Positions 18,266-28,884 of a DNA stretch of 64,000 nucleotides are shown in pieces. The position numbers and the translations under genes were made by a program. The notes under the pieces were generated by a model. It searched no databases. It had not been told where the DNA came from and saw only the letters and a list, made by a program, of their open reading frames with translations. Source of the DNA: Thermoplasmata archaeon (GTDB taxonomy: Archaea; Thermoplasmatota; Thermoplasmata; RBG-16-68-12; JAFNFQ01). Numbering within the stretch: the stretch's first letter is position 1; each line of letters starts with the position of its first letter. The stretch covers positions 65,147 through 129,146 of the forward strand of contig JBGPQV010000006.1 in assembly GCA_041489255.1 (NCBI GenBank). Reading direction: 5' to 3'.

Positions 18266-19462
18266 TTGGCGCACGTCAATGCCGCGACCGTGAGCTACAG
18301 ATATGCAATCCTTGGCTCCGGACGTCAAGGAACCGCCGCCGCATACGATTTCGCGATGCATGGCGATGCCGATTCGATTCTCATGGGCGACCTCAACAGG
18401 AGCGCGGCCGATTCCGCCGCAAGGCGCGTTAACCGCTTGATGGGGGAGAAGGTCGCTTATGCAACGAAGGTCGACGCGAAGAAGCCCGAGAGCGTGCTGC
18501 GATTCCTGAAGGGCGTGGACGTGGTCCTGAGCGCGGTGCCTTACTCCTTCAACCTCTCGCTTTCAAGGCTCGCAGTGAAGGCGAAGGCGTCTATGGTCGA
18601 TCTAGGCGGGCACACGGGGATCGTGAGAAAGCAGCTCAAGCTGGACTCCCACGCCAGGAAGGCTGGAATCGCTATCGTGCCTGACTGCGGTATGGGACCA
18701 GGGGCGAACATCACTCTGGCGGTGAGGGCCATTCAAATGCTCGACAAGGCGGAGGAGGTTAGGATATACGACGGCGGGCTTCCTCTTAGTCCCCGACCGC
18801 CGTGGAATTACTCGCTCTTCTTCAGCGTCGGCGGTCTGACGAATGAATACTCAGGCACTGCGACATTCCTCCGCGGCGGGAAAATGGTCGAGGTGCCGGC
18901 CCTGACGGAGCAGGAAGAGATCATGGTCCCATCCCTTGGCATTCTCGAGGCGCGCGTCACCACCGGAGGTCTATCAACCATGCCGTGGACATACGATGGT
19001 ACGTTGCGGGTGCTGGAGAACAAGACGCTGCGGTACCCCGGTCACTGGTCACGCATGGAGGCGTTCGCAGACCTCGGCATGTTCTCGGAGAAGCCTGTGA
19101 AGATAGGAAAAAGCAGAGTAGTGCCGCGCGAAGTTTTCCATGAGTTGTTCGAGGCTCGGGCATCAGACCCGGAAGCCCGAGACGTGGCGGTGATTCATGT
19201 CGTCGGGCGGGGATTGAAAGATGGTGTACCATCTTCGGCCGTCGTCAACCTGACCGACAGATACGATGAGAAAACAGGGTTCAGAGCGATGGAGCGACTG
19301 ACCGGCGGGCACGCGGCCATTGTGGCGGCGATGATCGCACGGGGCACTATCCAGCCCGGGGCACATTCGGTCGAGAGTGCGGTACCGCCGGAGGAGTTCA
19401 TCCACGAGGCGCGCAGGCGGGGAATGGAAGTGACGGAGAAGGTTGAAGGAATCAGAGCCTAG
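18266..19462 (+). CDS. Saccharopine dehydrogenase / lysine 6-dehydrogenase family protein
   Basis: ILGSGRQG, VDLGG, PDCGMGPG, GGLP, KTLRYPGH, AMERLTG. Confidence 0.9.
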   Translation: MAHVNAATVSYRYAILGSGRQGTAAAYDFAMHGDADSILMGDLNRSAADSAARRVNRLMGEKVAYATKVDAKKPESVLRFLKGVDVVLSAVPYSFNLSLSRLAVKAKASMVDLGGHTGIVRKQLKLDSHARKAGIAIVPDCGMGPGANITLAVRAIQMLDKAEEVRIYDGGLPLSPRPPWNYSLFFSVGGLTNEYSGTATFLRGGKMVEVPALTEQEEIMVPSLGILEARVTTGGLSTMPWTYDGTLRVLENKTLRYPGHWSRMEAFADLGMFSEKPVKIGKSRVVPREVFHELFEARASDPEARDVAVIHVVGRGLKDGVPSSAVVNLTDRYDEKTGFRAMERLTGGHAAIVAAMIARGTIQPGAHSVESAVPPEEFIHEARRRGMEVTEKVEGIRA

Positions 19463-19564
19463 ACCCGATTTTTCGACCTGGCCAGGCGTTTATTGGACGA
19501 ACCCATTTTATAGAAGCAAGTCCCATATCCAGACGCCCAGAATCGGGCATGGGGAGTCGGGGAA

Positions 19565-21622
19565 ATGTCATCGAAGATGCTGTTGTCGGTCTTTGCGGTC
19601 GGGATGCTGATTGTTGCGGCGTTCTGCGTGGGGGTGTCGAGGAAGGGCGGCGACTTGGCTGCATCCCCTCTGGTGGATCCTCAACGGGATGGCACTCCCC
19701 CCTATGAACAAACAAACGCGAGCGCCGATCCGTCGACGATATGGGTGGAAACGTCCCCTCCGGGCCGGGAACCGAAGGAGAGCACGCTTACTTTGAAGCT
19801 CGACGGGCTCGGGGTGCCCGTGGAGGAGTACAGGCCCGAGGACGTGATGTTCGTGATCGACGCCTCGTGGAGCATGTATGAGAACGACCCGTACGACCTG
19901 AGGCTAGAGGCGGCGAAGCACTACGTCGACCTTCTCAAAAGCTCTGATAGGGCGGCCGTCGTCGCGTTCAACTACGACGCGTGGCTCGTCGGCGGGGACC
20001 ACCTCAGCTCAAACTTCCCGCACGTCAAGCAGAACATCGACTCGATCACCGTGGATTACTATACGAACCTGTACGACTCCCTGAGGATAGCGACGGACGA
20101 GCTGGTCAACCGCGGCGACGACACTCACGTCTGGCTGGAGATCTTCCTGACGGACGGGGCCGACACTCGCGGCTTCACCGGCGACGAGATACTCAGCCAG
20201 GCGCAGAGGGCAGCGGACAACAACATCACGGTCTTCACGATCGGGCTCATCGGCACCGGCGGCGTCAACGAATCGATCCTGATGGACATCGCGAACGTCA
20301 CTGGCGGCGAGTACCTGAGAGCGGATAATGCGACCGTCCTCGATGACATCTACGAGGAGATCAGCCAGATGGTGAGATATCCGGACGCCGCCGGCCGGGA
20401 CAACAACGTGGATGCGATCCTGCCGGACTACCTGCATTACGTCGATGACAGCGCGGTGCCGACGCCAGACTTCGCGGGCATGTATGGGGGAGAATTCCAT
20501 CTGATGTGGAATTTCTCCAAGCTCAAAATAAATGAAACATGGACGGCCACTCTCAACGTCACATCGAGCATCCAAGGTGCGCACCTCTATGCGCTGTCCT
20601 ATCCGGACACGATGGTCACGTACACAAAGTACGACGATACCCGCAGCAGCGTTTCATTCCCGGAGACGTTCATCGACGTAATCGGGAACACCGAGCCGGT
20701 CGCGGAGGCCGGTGGCCCGTATCAAGGATACGAGGGGGCGGCGGTGACATTGGACGCGAGCGGTTCTAGCGATCTGGATGGCGATGCGCTGTTCTTCCGG
20801 TGGGATTTTGAGAACGACGGGACCTGGGACACCGCGTGGATGACCGACGCGACGTTCGATTATCTGTGGGGCGACGACTGGACCGGCACCGTTGCATTGG
20901 AGGTGTCCGACGGAAACCTCACGGACTCGGACACAGCGAACGTGACGATTGTCAACGTCCCGCCGACGATACTTGATGCGAGGGCTGTCAGCATCGCGAA
21001 TCTGACATTGCGCGTTGCGGGCGAGAAGTGGCACGATGTCACGCTCACGCTGTTCAAGGACGGGAATGAGACCGCGAGCGTCGGAGTGACGAGATACCCC
21101 GGTTCTCCTGACGAGCAGACCGCGACGATCGAGAACGTGACGATTGACCTCACGGGTGCAATGTCGGCGGTTGTTGTGTATACGCCGATGGACGACCCGA
21201 TCAACGGGCAGATATGGGGCTCGACTCCCGCGTGGCTCATCCTCACTGCAAAGGATGGCTCTGAGGTGCGCATACACCACGAGTTCAACGTGCGGCACAA
21301 CGACACCTGGGTCTGGAACGTCACCGATCTGAGGGTGTTCCTAGTTGGCCTACCTATCGAGTTCAGCGCATCGGCGCATGATGTCGGGAGCGATGACCTA
21401 TACTTCGTGTGGGATTTCGGGGACGGGCGGAACTTCACGACTGTTGCTTATAACAACGGAGTGGGCCCGGATCCGTACCCGAGCCCGGATGTGAACCCGA
21501 TAACCGCCACATCCAGTGTAGTAGTCACATATCCGGTCGCAGGGACCTACACCGTGACATTGACAGTGACGGACGACGATGGCGGCTCGACGACAATCTC
21601 TATGACAATCGAAATGGGATGA
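19565..21622 (+). CDS. Secreted VWA + PKD domain protein
   Basis: Signal peptide; MIDAS DASWS and LTDG; PVAEAGGPY, WDFENDG, WDFGDG, YTVTLTVTDDDGG. Confidence 0.9.
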   Translation: MSSKMLLSVFAVGMLIVAAFCVGVSRKGGDLAASPLVDPQRDGTPPYEQTNASADPSTIWVETSPPGREPKESTLTLKLDGLGVPVEEYRPEDVMFVIDASWSMYENDPYDLRLEAAKHYVDLLKSSDRAAVVAFNYDAWLVGGDHLSSNFPHVKQNIDSITVDYYTNLYDSLRIATDELVNRGDDTHVWLEIFLTDGADTRGFTGDEILSQAQRAADNNITVFTIGLIGTGGVNESILMDIANVTGGEYLRADNATVLDDIYEEISQMVRYPDAAGRDNNVDAILPDYLHYVDDSAVPTPDFAGMYGGEFHLMWNFSKLKINETWTATLNVTSSIQGAHLYALSYPDTMVTYTKYDDTRSSVSFPETFIDVIGNTEPVAEAGGPYQGYEGAAVTLDASGSSDLDGDALFFRWDFENDGTWDTAWMTDATFDYLWGDDWTGTVALEVSDGNLTDSDTANVTIVNVPPTILDARAVSIANLTLRVAGEKWHDVTLTLFKDGNETASVGVTRYPGSPDEQTATIENVTIDLTGAMSAVVVYTPMDDPINGQIWGSTPAWLILTAKDGSEVRIHHEFNVRHNDTWVWNVTDLRVFLVGLPIEFSASAHDVGSDDLYFVWDFGDGRNFTTVAYNNGVGPDPYPSPDVNPITATSSVVVTYPVAGTYTVTLTVTDDDGGSTTISMTIEMG

Positions 21623-22036
21623 GGTTCCTGACTGCTACCGGCGAAGACCCTTATGGTTCTCGAAGAGATTGACACGATAGCCACGCCGGCGGCATCCCGA
21701 GGATATCCGTCCCGGAAGGACTCTGGGTAGGCCTAGGTCGGACCGTAGACAAGTCCAAGGATCGAAGGGCAGGATTGAAGCGTTCGATCGATCACTCGGT
21801 CGAGAGTCCGGCGAGCCAGGACCTCGCTTCAGGATGGTCGTCGATCATTTCCCCGGTCTTATGCCACCTTTGATTGCTCGTGAGTGTCTTGAGGAGACAG
21901 GCTGCAAGCCACTCCTTGAATCCATCCCTCCCCCCTAGGGAAGTGTGGGCTTCTTTCAGCATTCTGAGGTTATCGAAACGCATCGTTTCATGAAGAGAAT
22001 GCGACGGTATCCGAGCCGTGTTCCCAGCCTTGATGT

Positions 22037-22333
22037 CTAAGGAGAAGCGTGCCCCTTCTCCCAGCACATGGAGGCGAGCTCCGTCTCGCCCATCTCCTGG
22101 AAGAGCCTTGCCTTGAACCGCCACAGCCCGGGGTATTCGGGGGCGATCTCGGAGAGGTCATTCAGGGACTCGATCGCCTCAGTCATCCGGTGCCCCGCGG
22201 CCAGGTACGCCGCGCATGCGAATAGTGCGTCCGGATCCTTGGGGTCCGCGCGGAGCCTATCGGAAATGGCAGCCCAGTGCATGTCGTCGCACGGCATCTC
22301 GCGGCGGCGGTCGAGGAGAAAGGACATGGCCAC
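22037..22333 (-). CDS. Small tetratricopeptide-repeat protein
   Basis: DPKDPDALFACA..L...EAI...IAPEYPGLWRFKARLFQEMG. Confidence 0.7.
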   Translation of the reverse strand: MAMSFLLDRRREMPCDDMHWAAISDRLRADPKDPDALFACAAYLAAGHRMTEAIESLNDLSEIAPEYPGLWRFKARLFQEMGETELASMCWEKGHASP

Positions 22334-22593
22334 GGAATGAATTGGAACCGAGGATATTGACGCTTTTCATGTGGTTATCAAACATGGTTGCGTTCCATTT
22401 CTCTGGACGACGGCGGCCTCCAACTTCCTGGACACGCGAATCGACAGACTCTCCGAGCGCGGTGAGTTTGATGTCGGCGGGACACGCTGATAGCCCCGGG
22501 CAAAGGGATGAGTAGGAGACATCTCCAGTCGAAGAAAGTCAGCAGGGGTGGGTGCCCCCAAGCCTTAACTATCCTCCCTACCTCATAAGTTCG

Positions 22594-22968
22594 ATGCGCT
22601 GCTCCAATTGTGAGAAGTGTTGCGAGGAAACGGAAATGGAGCTCTGCAATGCGGACATCGCGCGGTTGGAGCGCCGCGGCTACCGGAAGGACGATTTCTC
22701 GCTTCGAGGGACCGACGGGATACCGAGGCTGCGCAACGTTGGCGGGTACTGCTTCTTCTATGATCATAATCGGAAGCGGTGCAAGGAGTACGCCAGTCGG
22801 CCGCTCGGCTGCTTCATCTACCCGGTCAATCTGACCGAGGATGGCGAGATCGTCATCGACAGGTTGTGCCCCGAAGCTGACACGCTAGCGCCTCGTGAAA
22901 TCGAGACCAAGGGCCGACGCCTCCGAAAGCTGATCGATACGATAGACAATGCTCGGGAGACTATGTGA
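22594..22968 (+). CDS. YkgJ-family cysteine cluster protein
   Basis: CSNCEKCC, CFFYD...C..Y..RP.GC..YP. Confidence 0.88.
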   Translation: MRCSNCEKCCEETEMELCNADIARLERRGYRKDDFSLRGTDGIPRLRNVGGYCFFYDHNRKRCKEYASRPLGCFIYPVNLTEDGEIVIDRLCPEADTLAPREIETKGRRLRKLIDTIDNARETM

Positions 22969-23001
22969 TTCTCATCTATTCCGCCGGACGCAGTCTCATG
23001 C

Positions 23002-24072
23002 TCAGACCTTTGCGCTCCCGCCATCGTTGACCAAGACAATCCTGTAGCGCGCTTTATTCTCCTTGACCTTCTGTATCGCCTCATTCGCCTGCGCCATCGG
23101 CATCTGCTCGACCATCGGCGCGATCTTGTGGGCTTGGGCGAAGGAGAGCACCTCCTTCATCGTGGCCCTGCTCCCGAGAAATGAACCCGTGACCGACTGC
23201 TGGTGGACCACGAGCTCCATCAGGTCCACGGATACATTTGCCGGCGGGAAGCCCATCATGACCAGCCGCCCGTTGGTCTTGACGGTCCACAGGACGCGCG
23301 TCCAGTCGATCTCGGTATGACCGGTATACAGCACCAAGTCGAAGTTGTAATAGAGCTGCTTTATCCGCTCATTGTCTCCCGCCACGACGAAGTCGTCAGC
23401 GCCAAACCCGAGCGCCTGCTCCTTCTTCCCCGGAGACGAGGATATCACGGTCACCTCGCAGCCGAGAGCGTGTGCAAACTGAATCGCGAGGTGACCCAGC
23501 CCGCCGACGCCGACGACGCAGACCTTGTCCGAAGGTCCCGCCTTGAATGTTCTCAGCGGAGAATAGACGGTGACACCCGCGCAGAGGAGGACCGCTCCGA
23601 CCTCCGATGGCATGCTCTCGGGCAGAGGATAGACGAACCTGGCGTCCGCCGTGACGGACGACGCGAAGCCGCCATGGGGGGCCCAGACGCCGTTCTTCTC
23701 TACATCCTTGCAGAGCTGCTCCTCACCCTTCAGGCACCACTCGCACTTCATGCACGAGCGGCCTTGCCACCCCATGCCCACCCTGTCCCCCACCCTCAGC
23801 CCCGCCACCGCGGAGCCGACCTCGGAGACGTGGCCGACGACCTCATGGCCGGGCACGAAGGGGAAGGATGTGATCCCGTAGAAGTCGTCGATGGCGTGGA
23901 TGTCGCTGAAGCAGATGCCGCAATGCGTGACGGAGACACGGACCTCGTGCTCCTTCAGTTCTGGCGGGTCGTAGGTGAACGGCTCCAATTGCCGCCCTTT
24001 CGCCATCGCCGCGAACCCGTGGACGGCACCGGGACGCGTCCGCAGAGTTTCCTTCTCTCGATTCATGCCCAT
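23002..24072 (-). CDS. Zn-dependent NAD(P)H alcohol dehydrogenase / aldehyde reductase (CAD family)
   Basis: CGICFSD, GHEVVG, C..C..C.......C, LLCAGVTVYSPL, GVGGLGH, ARYRIVL. Confidence 0.93.
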   Translation of the reverse strand: MGMNREKETLRTRPGAVHGFAAMAKGRQLEPFTYDPPELKEHEVRVSVTHCGICFSDIHAIDDFYGITSFPFVPGHEVVGHVSEVGSAVAGLRVGDRVGMGWQGRSCMKCEWCLKGEEQLCKDVEKNGVWAPHGGFASSVTADARFVYPLPESMPSEVGAVLLCAGVTVYSPLRTFKAGPSDKVCVVGVGGLGHLAIQFAHALGCEVTVISSSPGKKEQALGFGADDFVVAGDNERIKQLYYNFDLVLYTGHTEIDWTRVLWTVKTNGRLVMMGFPPANVSVDLMELVVHQQSVTGSFLGSRATMKEVLSFAQAHKIAPMVEQMPMAQANEAIQKVKENKARYRIVLVNDGGSAKV

Positions 24073-24113
24073 GCCCTGCAGAATCCTCCATGGCCTATTT
24101 CTAACTAGTGAGA

Positions 24114-24130
24114 GCCAAAGGCAGGATTCG
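24114..24130. repeat. Degenerate copy of the tRNA-Ser 3' end (att-like)
   Basis: GCCAAAGGCAGGATTCG vs GCCCAGGGCAGGATTCG at 24971-24987 (15/17 identical). Confidence 0.5.
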
Positions 24131-24165
24131 TTTCCTCCATGATTTGAAGCGGGATAGCGTCCTAA

Positions 24166-24894
24166 TCACAAAGCTGCCCAAAGCGCGAAGGCAGCAACAA
24201 GGATGTCGAGTCCTGCACAGACTATGAGGGTCAGCCGCTCTCTCGGCAAAAGACATCGATAGAAGTACTTGGTTGGTGGGTGTGCCGGTGTACTGCCCTT
24301 ACGACTTCCCTGCCAAAGGATAGCCAAGGCAAAACCTCCTAGCGCCAGGAGGATGATGGCCACGCCTGTGTATGTCCGCCTGTCAGGATTCACGACGAGG
24401 AACATGAAACCGAAGAGCGGGGCATATAGTGTGACAATCCATGTCAGGGACACTACGGAAACAGGGGGAGGAAGGAGTCCCTGACTTCTCACAGAGACAG
24501 AGCAAATGAGTTCGACTATGAGGAATAGAGCCGAGTAGTTGAAACCTGAGATGAAAAGAAGACCGCTGATTGCATCCAGTGGAAGGGCAGAAGCACACAT
24601 CATGACAAGCCCAGGCGCGACCCTGACGAGCGCAGATCGTCCCGGATGTGATAGGAACCGTCCATTGGAAATATCGCATTGCGTCCACCGAGCAAGGGAA
24701 ATGCCCGTTGTTATCATGCACACGATGCCTGAGAATATCACAAGGAGGAACCAATTCCCGATGTCCGGAATCCCTACGTCTATGAGCGCGGAGGCGCCGA
24801 TGAACACTGCGTAGGTCCCAATCGACATCATGCCCCATCGACGGGAGCTCTTTGCATAATCCTCCGGCGAACGCATCTGGATGACGCATCTCAT
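24166..24894 (-). CDS. Hypothetical multi-pass membrane protein
   Basis: 242 aa with about seven hydrophobic segments; atypical codon usage; beside the tRNA 3' end. Confidence 0.6.
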   Translation of the reverse strand: MRCVIQMRSPEDYAKSSRRWGMMSIGTYAVFIGASALIDVGIPDIGNWFLLVIFSGIVCMITTGISLARWTQCDISNGRFLSHPGRSALVRVAPGLVMMCASALPLDAISGLLFISGFNYSALFLIVELICSVSVRSQGLLPPPVSVVSLTWIVTLYAPLFGFMFLVVNPDRRTYTGVAIILLALGGFALAILWQGSRKGSTPAHPPTKYFYRCLLPRERLTLIVCAGLDILVAAFALWAAL

Positions 24895-24969
24895 GCGAAC
24901 TTCTTAAAACCACCGTGAACCCGCAGAAGTGCCAAGGTATGTCGGACTTCCCTTTTCTCTGGAGAGAAG

Positions 24970-25086
24970 CGCCCAGGGCAGGATTCGAACCTGCGAGGCC
25001 TTTCGGCCAGTAGCTTGCTCGGTGCCGCCGGATTCCGGCTCGACACGCTCGAAGCTACCGCCTTGACCGGGCTAGGCTACCTGGGC
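24970..25086 (-). tRNA. tRNA-Ser(CGA) with 32-nt canonical 37/38 intron (25016-25047)
   Basis: Acceptor GCCCAGG/CCTGGGC, long variable arm GGCCGAAAGGCC, GGTTCGAATCC; BHB with TTCG/CGAG helix and AGC/CAA bulges; spliced loop TTCGAGA. Confidence 0.93.
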
Positions 25087-25160
25087 ACCCGCGCCCGCAA
25101 TCCCCGCCAATCTCTTAACCGTATCGCCCGCAGGGGTTTTCTACCGCCAATGCATCACCT

Positions 25161-25373
25161 ATGACGATGAAGGTCAGCGTGGAATTCTTTCCCCAGAGGC
25201 GGGAGATCATCATGGAGCTCCCTGCCCGATCGAACGGCCACGACCTGATGAAATCTCTGCTCATCGCCCCGGATGTCCACATCCTCGCTCGCGACGACAT
25301 CCCAATTCCGATTGACGAGGAATTGCGGGAGGGAGACCGCATCCGCGTCATCGCGGTCGTGTCTGGCGGTTGA
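25161..25373 (+). CDS. Ubiquitin-like MoaD/ThiS/SAMP sulfur-carrier protein
   Basis: 70 aa ending EGDRIRVIAVVSGG. Confidence 0.88.
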   Translation: MTMKVSVEFFPQRREIIMELPARSNGHDLMKSLLIAPDVHILARDDIPIPIDEELREGDRIRVIAVVSGG

Positions 25374-25451
25374 GCGCCATCTCCCTCATGAAGCGGCAAT
25401 CGACCTTTCCGCAAATGTTTATCTACAACAGAGCTTTCCGACTCAAATCGT

Positions 25452-26774
25452 ATGCAATCAGATGAGAGGGCGATGCTGGATGCTCTAGGCATCGCCTCGG
25501 TCGACGAGCTGTTCAAGGACATACCCGAGAGCGTCAGGATCAACGGCCTAACGCTTCCCGCGGGAATCTCAGAGGCTGAGGTTGTCGCGAAGGTCAAGAA
25601 GGTTCTCGGGGCCAACAAGACCCCGGAGAAGCTGCCCTCGTTCCTCGGAGCGGGAATCTACGATCATTTCATCCCTGCGGCGGTGAGGGCGATACAGTCG
25701 CGGTCGGAGTTCTACACCAGCTACACCCCATATCAACCCGAGATCAGCCAGGGCATCCTGCAGGCGCTCTTCGAGTACCAGAGCATGATGTGCGAGCTGA
25801 CAGGCATGGATGCCGCGAACACGTCGATGTACGACTGGGCGACCGCCCTGGGCGAGGCCGCCCTGATGGCGCACAGGATCCACGGCGGCAAGGAGTTCGT
25901 CGTTGGCAGGGCGATGGGGCACGAGAGGCTGCAAGTCCTCAGGAGCTACTCCTCCGGGGTCGGCCTGAAGATCAAGATGGTCGAGTTCGACGCGAACACC
26001 GGACAGCTCGACCTCGATATGCTGAAGTCGCAGGTCGGACCGGATACCTGCGGCGTCTACTTCGAGAACCCGAACTTCTTTGGTGTGTTCGAGGAAAAGG
26101 TGGACGAGATCAGGAGTCTGGTGCCCTCCGTCCTCGTCGTCGGCGCGAACCCCCTTTCACTCGCGATCACCAAGCCGCCGGGCGAATACGGCGCCGACAT
26201 CGTCATCGGGGAGGGACAGGGCCTCGGGAACCCGCCGAGCTACGGCGGTCCCCTCCTCGGAGTCTTCGCCGTCAAGAAGGAGCACATCAGGGCTATGCCG
26301 GGCAGGATCATAGGCATGACGAACGACGCGAAGGGAAAACGAGCATTCTGCATGACCCTCCAGACCAGAGAGCAGCACATCAGGAGGCAGAAGGCGACCA
26401 GTAACATCTGCACGAATGAAGCCCTCGTCTCCATCGCGTCAACCGCTTACATAGCCGCCCTCGGCGGGAGCGGGCTCAGGAAGCTCGCGGTTGAGAACAT
26501 GACCGCCGCCAGGGACCTGGCCAGGAACATCAACCACCTGAGGCGCTTCAAGGCCCCGATGTTCAAGAGCGCTCACTTCAACGAGTTCACTGTCCGCTCG
26601 AAGATCCCCTACTCGCGCGTGCACAGGGAGCTGCTGAGGCGGGGCCTGCATGGCGGGCTCTCCCTCGAGGACAGGTTCCCCGAGCTGGGACACGTCGCCC
26701 TGTTCGCGACGACCGACGTTCACGGAGAGAACGAGAGAGAGAGGATCGTCAAGGCGCTGGGGGCGATCGAGTGA
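25452..26774 (+). CDS. gcvPA: Glycine dehydrogenase (decarboxylating) subunit 1
   Basis: FLGAGIYDH, FYTSYTPYQPEISQG, LQTREQHIRRQKATSNICTN. Confidence 0.96.
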   Translation: MQSDERAMLDALGIASVDELFKDIPESVRINGLTLPAGISEAEVVAKVKKVLGANKTPEKLPSFLGAGIYDHFIPAAVRAIQSRSEFYTSYTPYQPEISQGILQALFEYQSMMCELTGMDAANTSMYDWATALGEAALMAHRIHGGKEFVVGRAMGHERLQVLRSYSSGVGLKIKMVEFDANTGQLDLDMLKSQVGPDTCGVYFENPNFFGVFEEKVDEIRSLVPSVLVVGANPLSLAITKPPGEYGADIVIGEGQGLGNPPSYGGPLLGVFAVKKEHIRAMPGRIIGMTNDAKGKRAFCMTLQTREQHIRRQKATSNICTNEALVSIASTAYIAALGGSGLRKLAVENMTAARDLARNINHLRRFKAPMFKSAHFNEFTVRSKIPYSRVHRELLRRGLHGGLSLEDRFPELGHVALFATTDVHGENERERIVKALGAIE

Positions 26775-28228
26775 AGTACCGGCAGGCGTACTTCGACGAG
26801 CCGCTGCTCTTCGAGAAGTTCGACGGAGAGACGGAGCCGCTGCCGGAAGGCCTCGTCCCCAAGGCGCTTGAGCGCAAGTCCCTCGAGCTGCCGAACATCC
26901 CCGAGAACGACGTCGTAAGGCACTTCGTCAGGCTCTCCGAGATGAGCTTCGGCATCGACACGGGATTCTACCCTCTGGGCTCCTGCACGATGAAGTACAA
27001 CCCCAAGTTCACGGAGGAGCTCGCGGCGCTGCCGGAGGCTTCGAGGATCCACCCCTGCCAGGACGAGTCAACGGTCCAGGGCGCGCTCCGCCTGATGTAC
27101 GAGCTTCAGCAGATGCTCAGGTCGATCGCGGGCATGGACGCCGTCACCCTGCAGCCCGCCGCCGGAGCCGCCGGCGAGTTCACCGGGCTCCTGTTGGCCA
27201 AGGCGTATCACGAGGACAGGGGCGAGCAGAGGACTCAGGTAATCGTCCCCGACACGGCCCACGGCACCAACTTCGCGTCAGCGGCGATGGCGGGCTACGA
27301 GGTCGTGGAGATACCGAGCAAGGAAGGCCTGGTGGACCTTGACGCCCTGAAGACCGCCCTCAATTCGAAGACGCTCGCCTTCATGCTCACCAACCCGAAC
27401 ACCCTCGGCATCTTCGAGCCGGAGATCCTGGAGATAGCGGACACCGTCCACGATTCAGGCGCCCTCATCTATTACGACGGCGCGAACCTCAACGCGATCA
27501 TGGGCAAGACCTCACCAGGCAGGATGAACTTCGACATTGTCCACTTCAACCTGCACAAGACATTCGCGACTCCCCATGGCGGCGGCGGGCCCGGCGCGGG
27601 TCCCGTCGGCGTGAAGGAGCCCCTCGAATCATACTTGCCAGTGCCAGTGATCAGGCAGGACGGCAACGAGTTCAAACTCGACTACGACAAGCCCAAGACG
27701 ATAGGCAAGGTGCACTCGTGGTACGGCAACTTCGGGATGTTCGTCCGCGCCTACGCGTACATCCTGCGCATGGGCGGGGACGGGCTCACGAAAGCGTCCG
27801 AGCGGGCCGTACTCAACGCGAACTACCTCAGATTCAGGCTGCAGAAGGTCCTCGACTTACCTTACCAGGAGCTCAGGAAGCACGAGTTCGTGCTGAGCTG
27901 CGCGAAGCTCAAGGAGAGGGGGCTGAGGGCGGCGGACGTGGCGAAGAGGCTCATGGACTTCGGCTTCCACCCGCCGACTGTCTACTTCCCCCACCTGGTC
28001 GACGAGGCGCTGATGATCGAACCGACCGAGACCGAGAGCAAGGAGACGCTGGACTCCTTCGCGGATGCGATCGATGTGATTCTGACCGAGAGTCCGGACG
28101 TGCTGAAATCCGCACCGCACAACACGGCGGTCTCCCGCGTCGATGAGGTCCTGGCGGCGAGGAACCCGATCCTGAGCTGGCGGATGTGGCAGGAGCAGAA
28201 GAAGGCTGGCGGCGAAAAGCCGCAGTAG
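26771..28228 (+). CDS. gcvPB: Glycine dehydrogenase (decarboxylating) subunit 2
   Basis: PLGSCTMKYNP, HFNLHKTFATPHGGGGPG, MIEPTETESKE. Confidence 0.96.
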   Translation: MKYRQAYFDEPLLFEKFDGETEPLPEGLVPKALERKSLELPNIPENDVVRHFVRLSEMSFGIDTGFYPLGSCTMKYNPKFTEELAALPEASRIHPCQDESTVQGALRLMYELQQMLRSIAGMDAVTLQPAAGAAGEFTGLLLAKAYHEDRGEQRTQVIVPDTAHGTNFASAAMAGYEVVEIPSKEGLVDLDALKTALNSKTLAFMLTNPNTLGIFEPEILEIADTVHDSGALIYYDGANLNAIMGKTSPGRMNFDIVHFNLHKTFATPHGGGGPGAGPVGVKEPLESYLPVPVIRQDGNEFKLDYDKPKTIGKVHSWYGNFGMFVRAYAYILRMGGDGLTKASERAVLNANYLRFRLQKVLDLPYQELRKHEFVLSCAKLKERGLRAADVAKRLMDFGFHPPTVYFPHLVDEALMIEPTETESKETLDSFADAIDVILTESPDVLKSAPHNTAVSRVDEVLAARNPILSWRMWQEQKKAGGEKPQ

Positions 28229-28233
28229 CCCAT

Positions 28234-28878
28234 CTAGAGGATTCCGAGACTGCTGATGAGCTTCTTCGCCCAAGCGAGTTTTCGCAGCTTGACCTCGGGG
28301 TTCTCGTCCTTGGGGCTCGGGTGCTCGAAGTCGAAGCCAAGGAGCCGTATCTTTGACGCACCGAAGTGATTCGCTAGGAATACGGCTCTGTCCCCGTCTG
28401 TGAACCCGCCGAAGTCGTAGACTCGGGAGAACGGGCGGCTCTGGGTCGTGGCCATCACCCGGCCTCTGAACAACGGCGCCCAGCGACGGATTGCGGGGAT
28501 GTTGTCCCCGTGAGCGTGGATCACCACGATAGCTCCTTTCACGTTCGCCTTGATCTGGTCCTTCACATCGCCGTCGAGGTCGGTGACTACTATGTCTGGC
28601 CCGAAGCCAGCCTGCATCGCGACGCTTGCGGCTTCATCAGCCGCGACCAGAATCCCCTCGTGCCCCGCAATCTCGTCCTTCAACGAAGGTCCATTCCCCG
28701 CCACGAAGACCTCCTGGCCTCTCAGCATCTTCTCGAGTACGCGCGGTTCGACACGAGCGCCCGCCAGAGTCTCATCCAATATCCGTGCGGCTCGCTCATC
28801 AGCCTCGCGGCTGTAGCCGAATTCCCTCAGTATGTCGACATAATGCGGCTCCCAGTCCTTGAAGTCCATGACAAACAC
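28234..28878 (-). CDS. mptE: 6-hydroxymethyl-7,8-dihydropterin pyrophosphokinase MptE-like
   Basis: GNGPSL, VTDLDG, HAHGDN, FGGFTDGDRA, KLRKLAWA. Confidence 0.9.
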   Translation of the reverse strand: MFVMDFKDWEPHYVDILREFGYSREADERAARILDETLAGARVEPRVLEKMLRGQEVFVAGNGPSLKDEIAGHEGILVAADEAASVAMQAGFGPDIVVTDLDGDVKDQIKANVKGAIVVIHAHGDNIPAIRRWAPLFRGRVMATTQSRPFSRVYDFGGFTDGDRAVFLANHFGASKIRLLGFDFEHPSPKDENPEVKLRKLAWAKKLISSLGIL

Positions 28879-28884
28879 GCCTTC

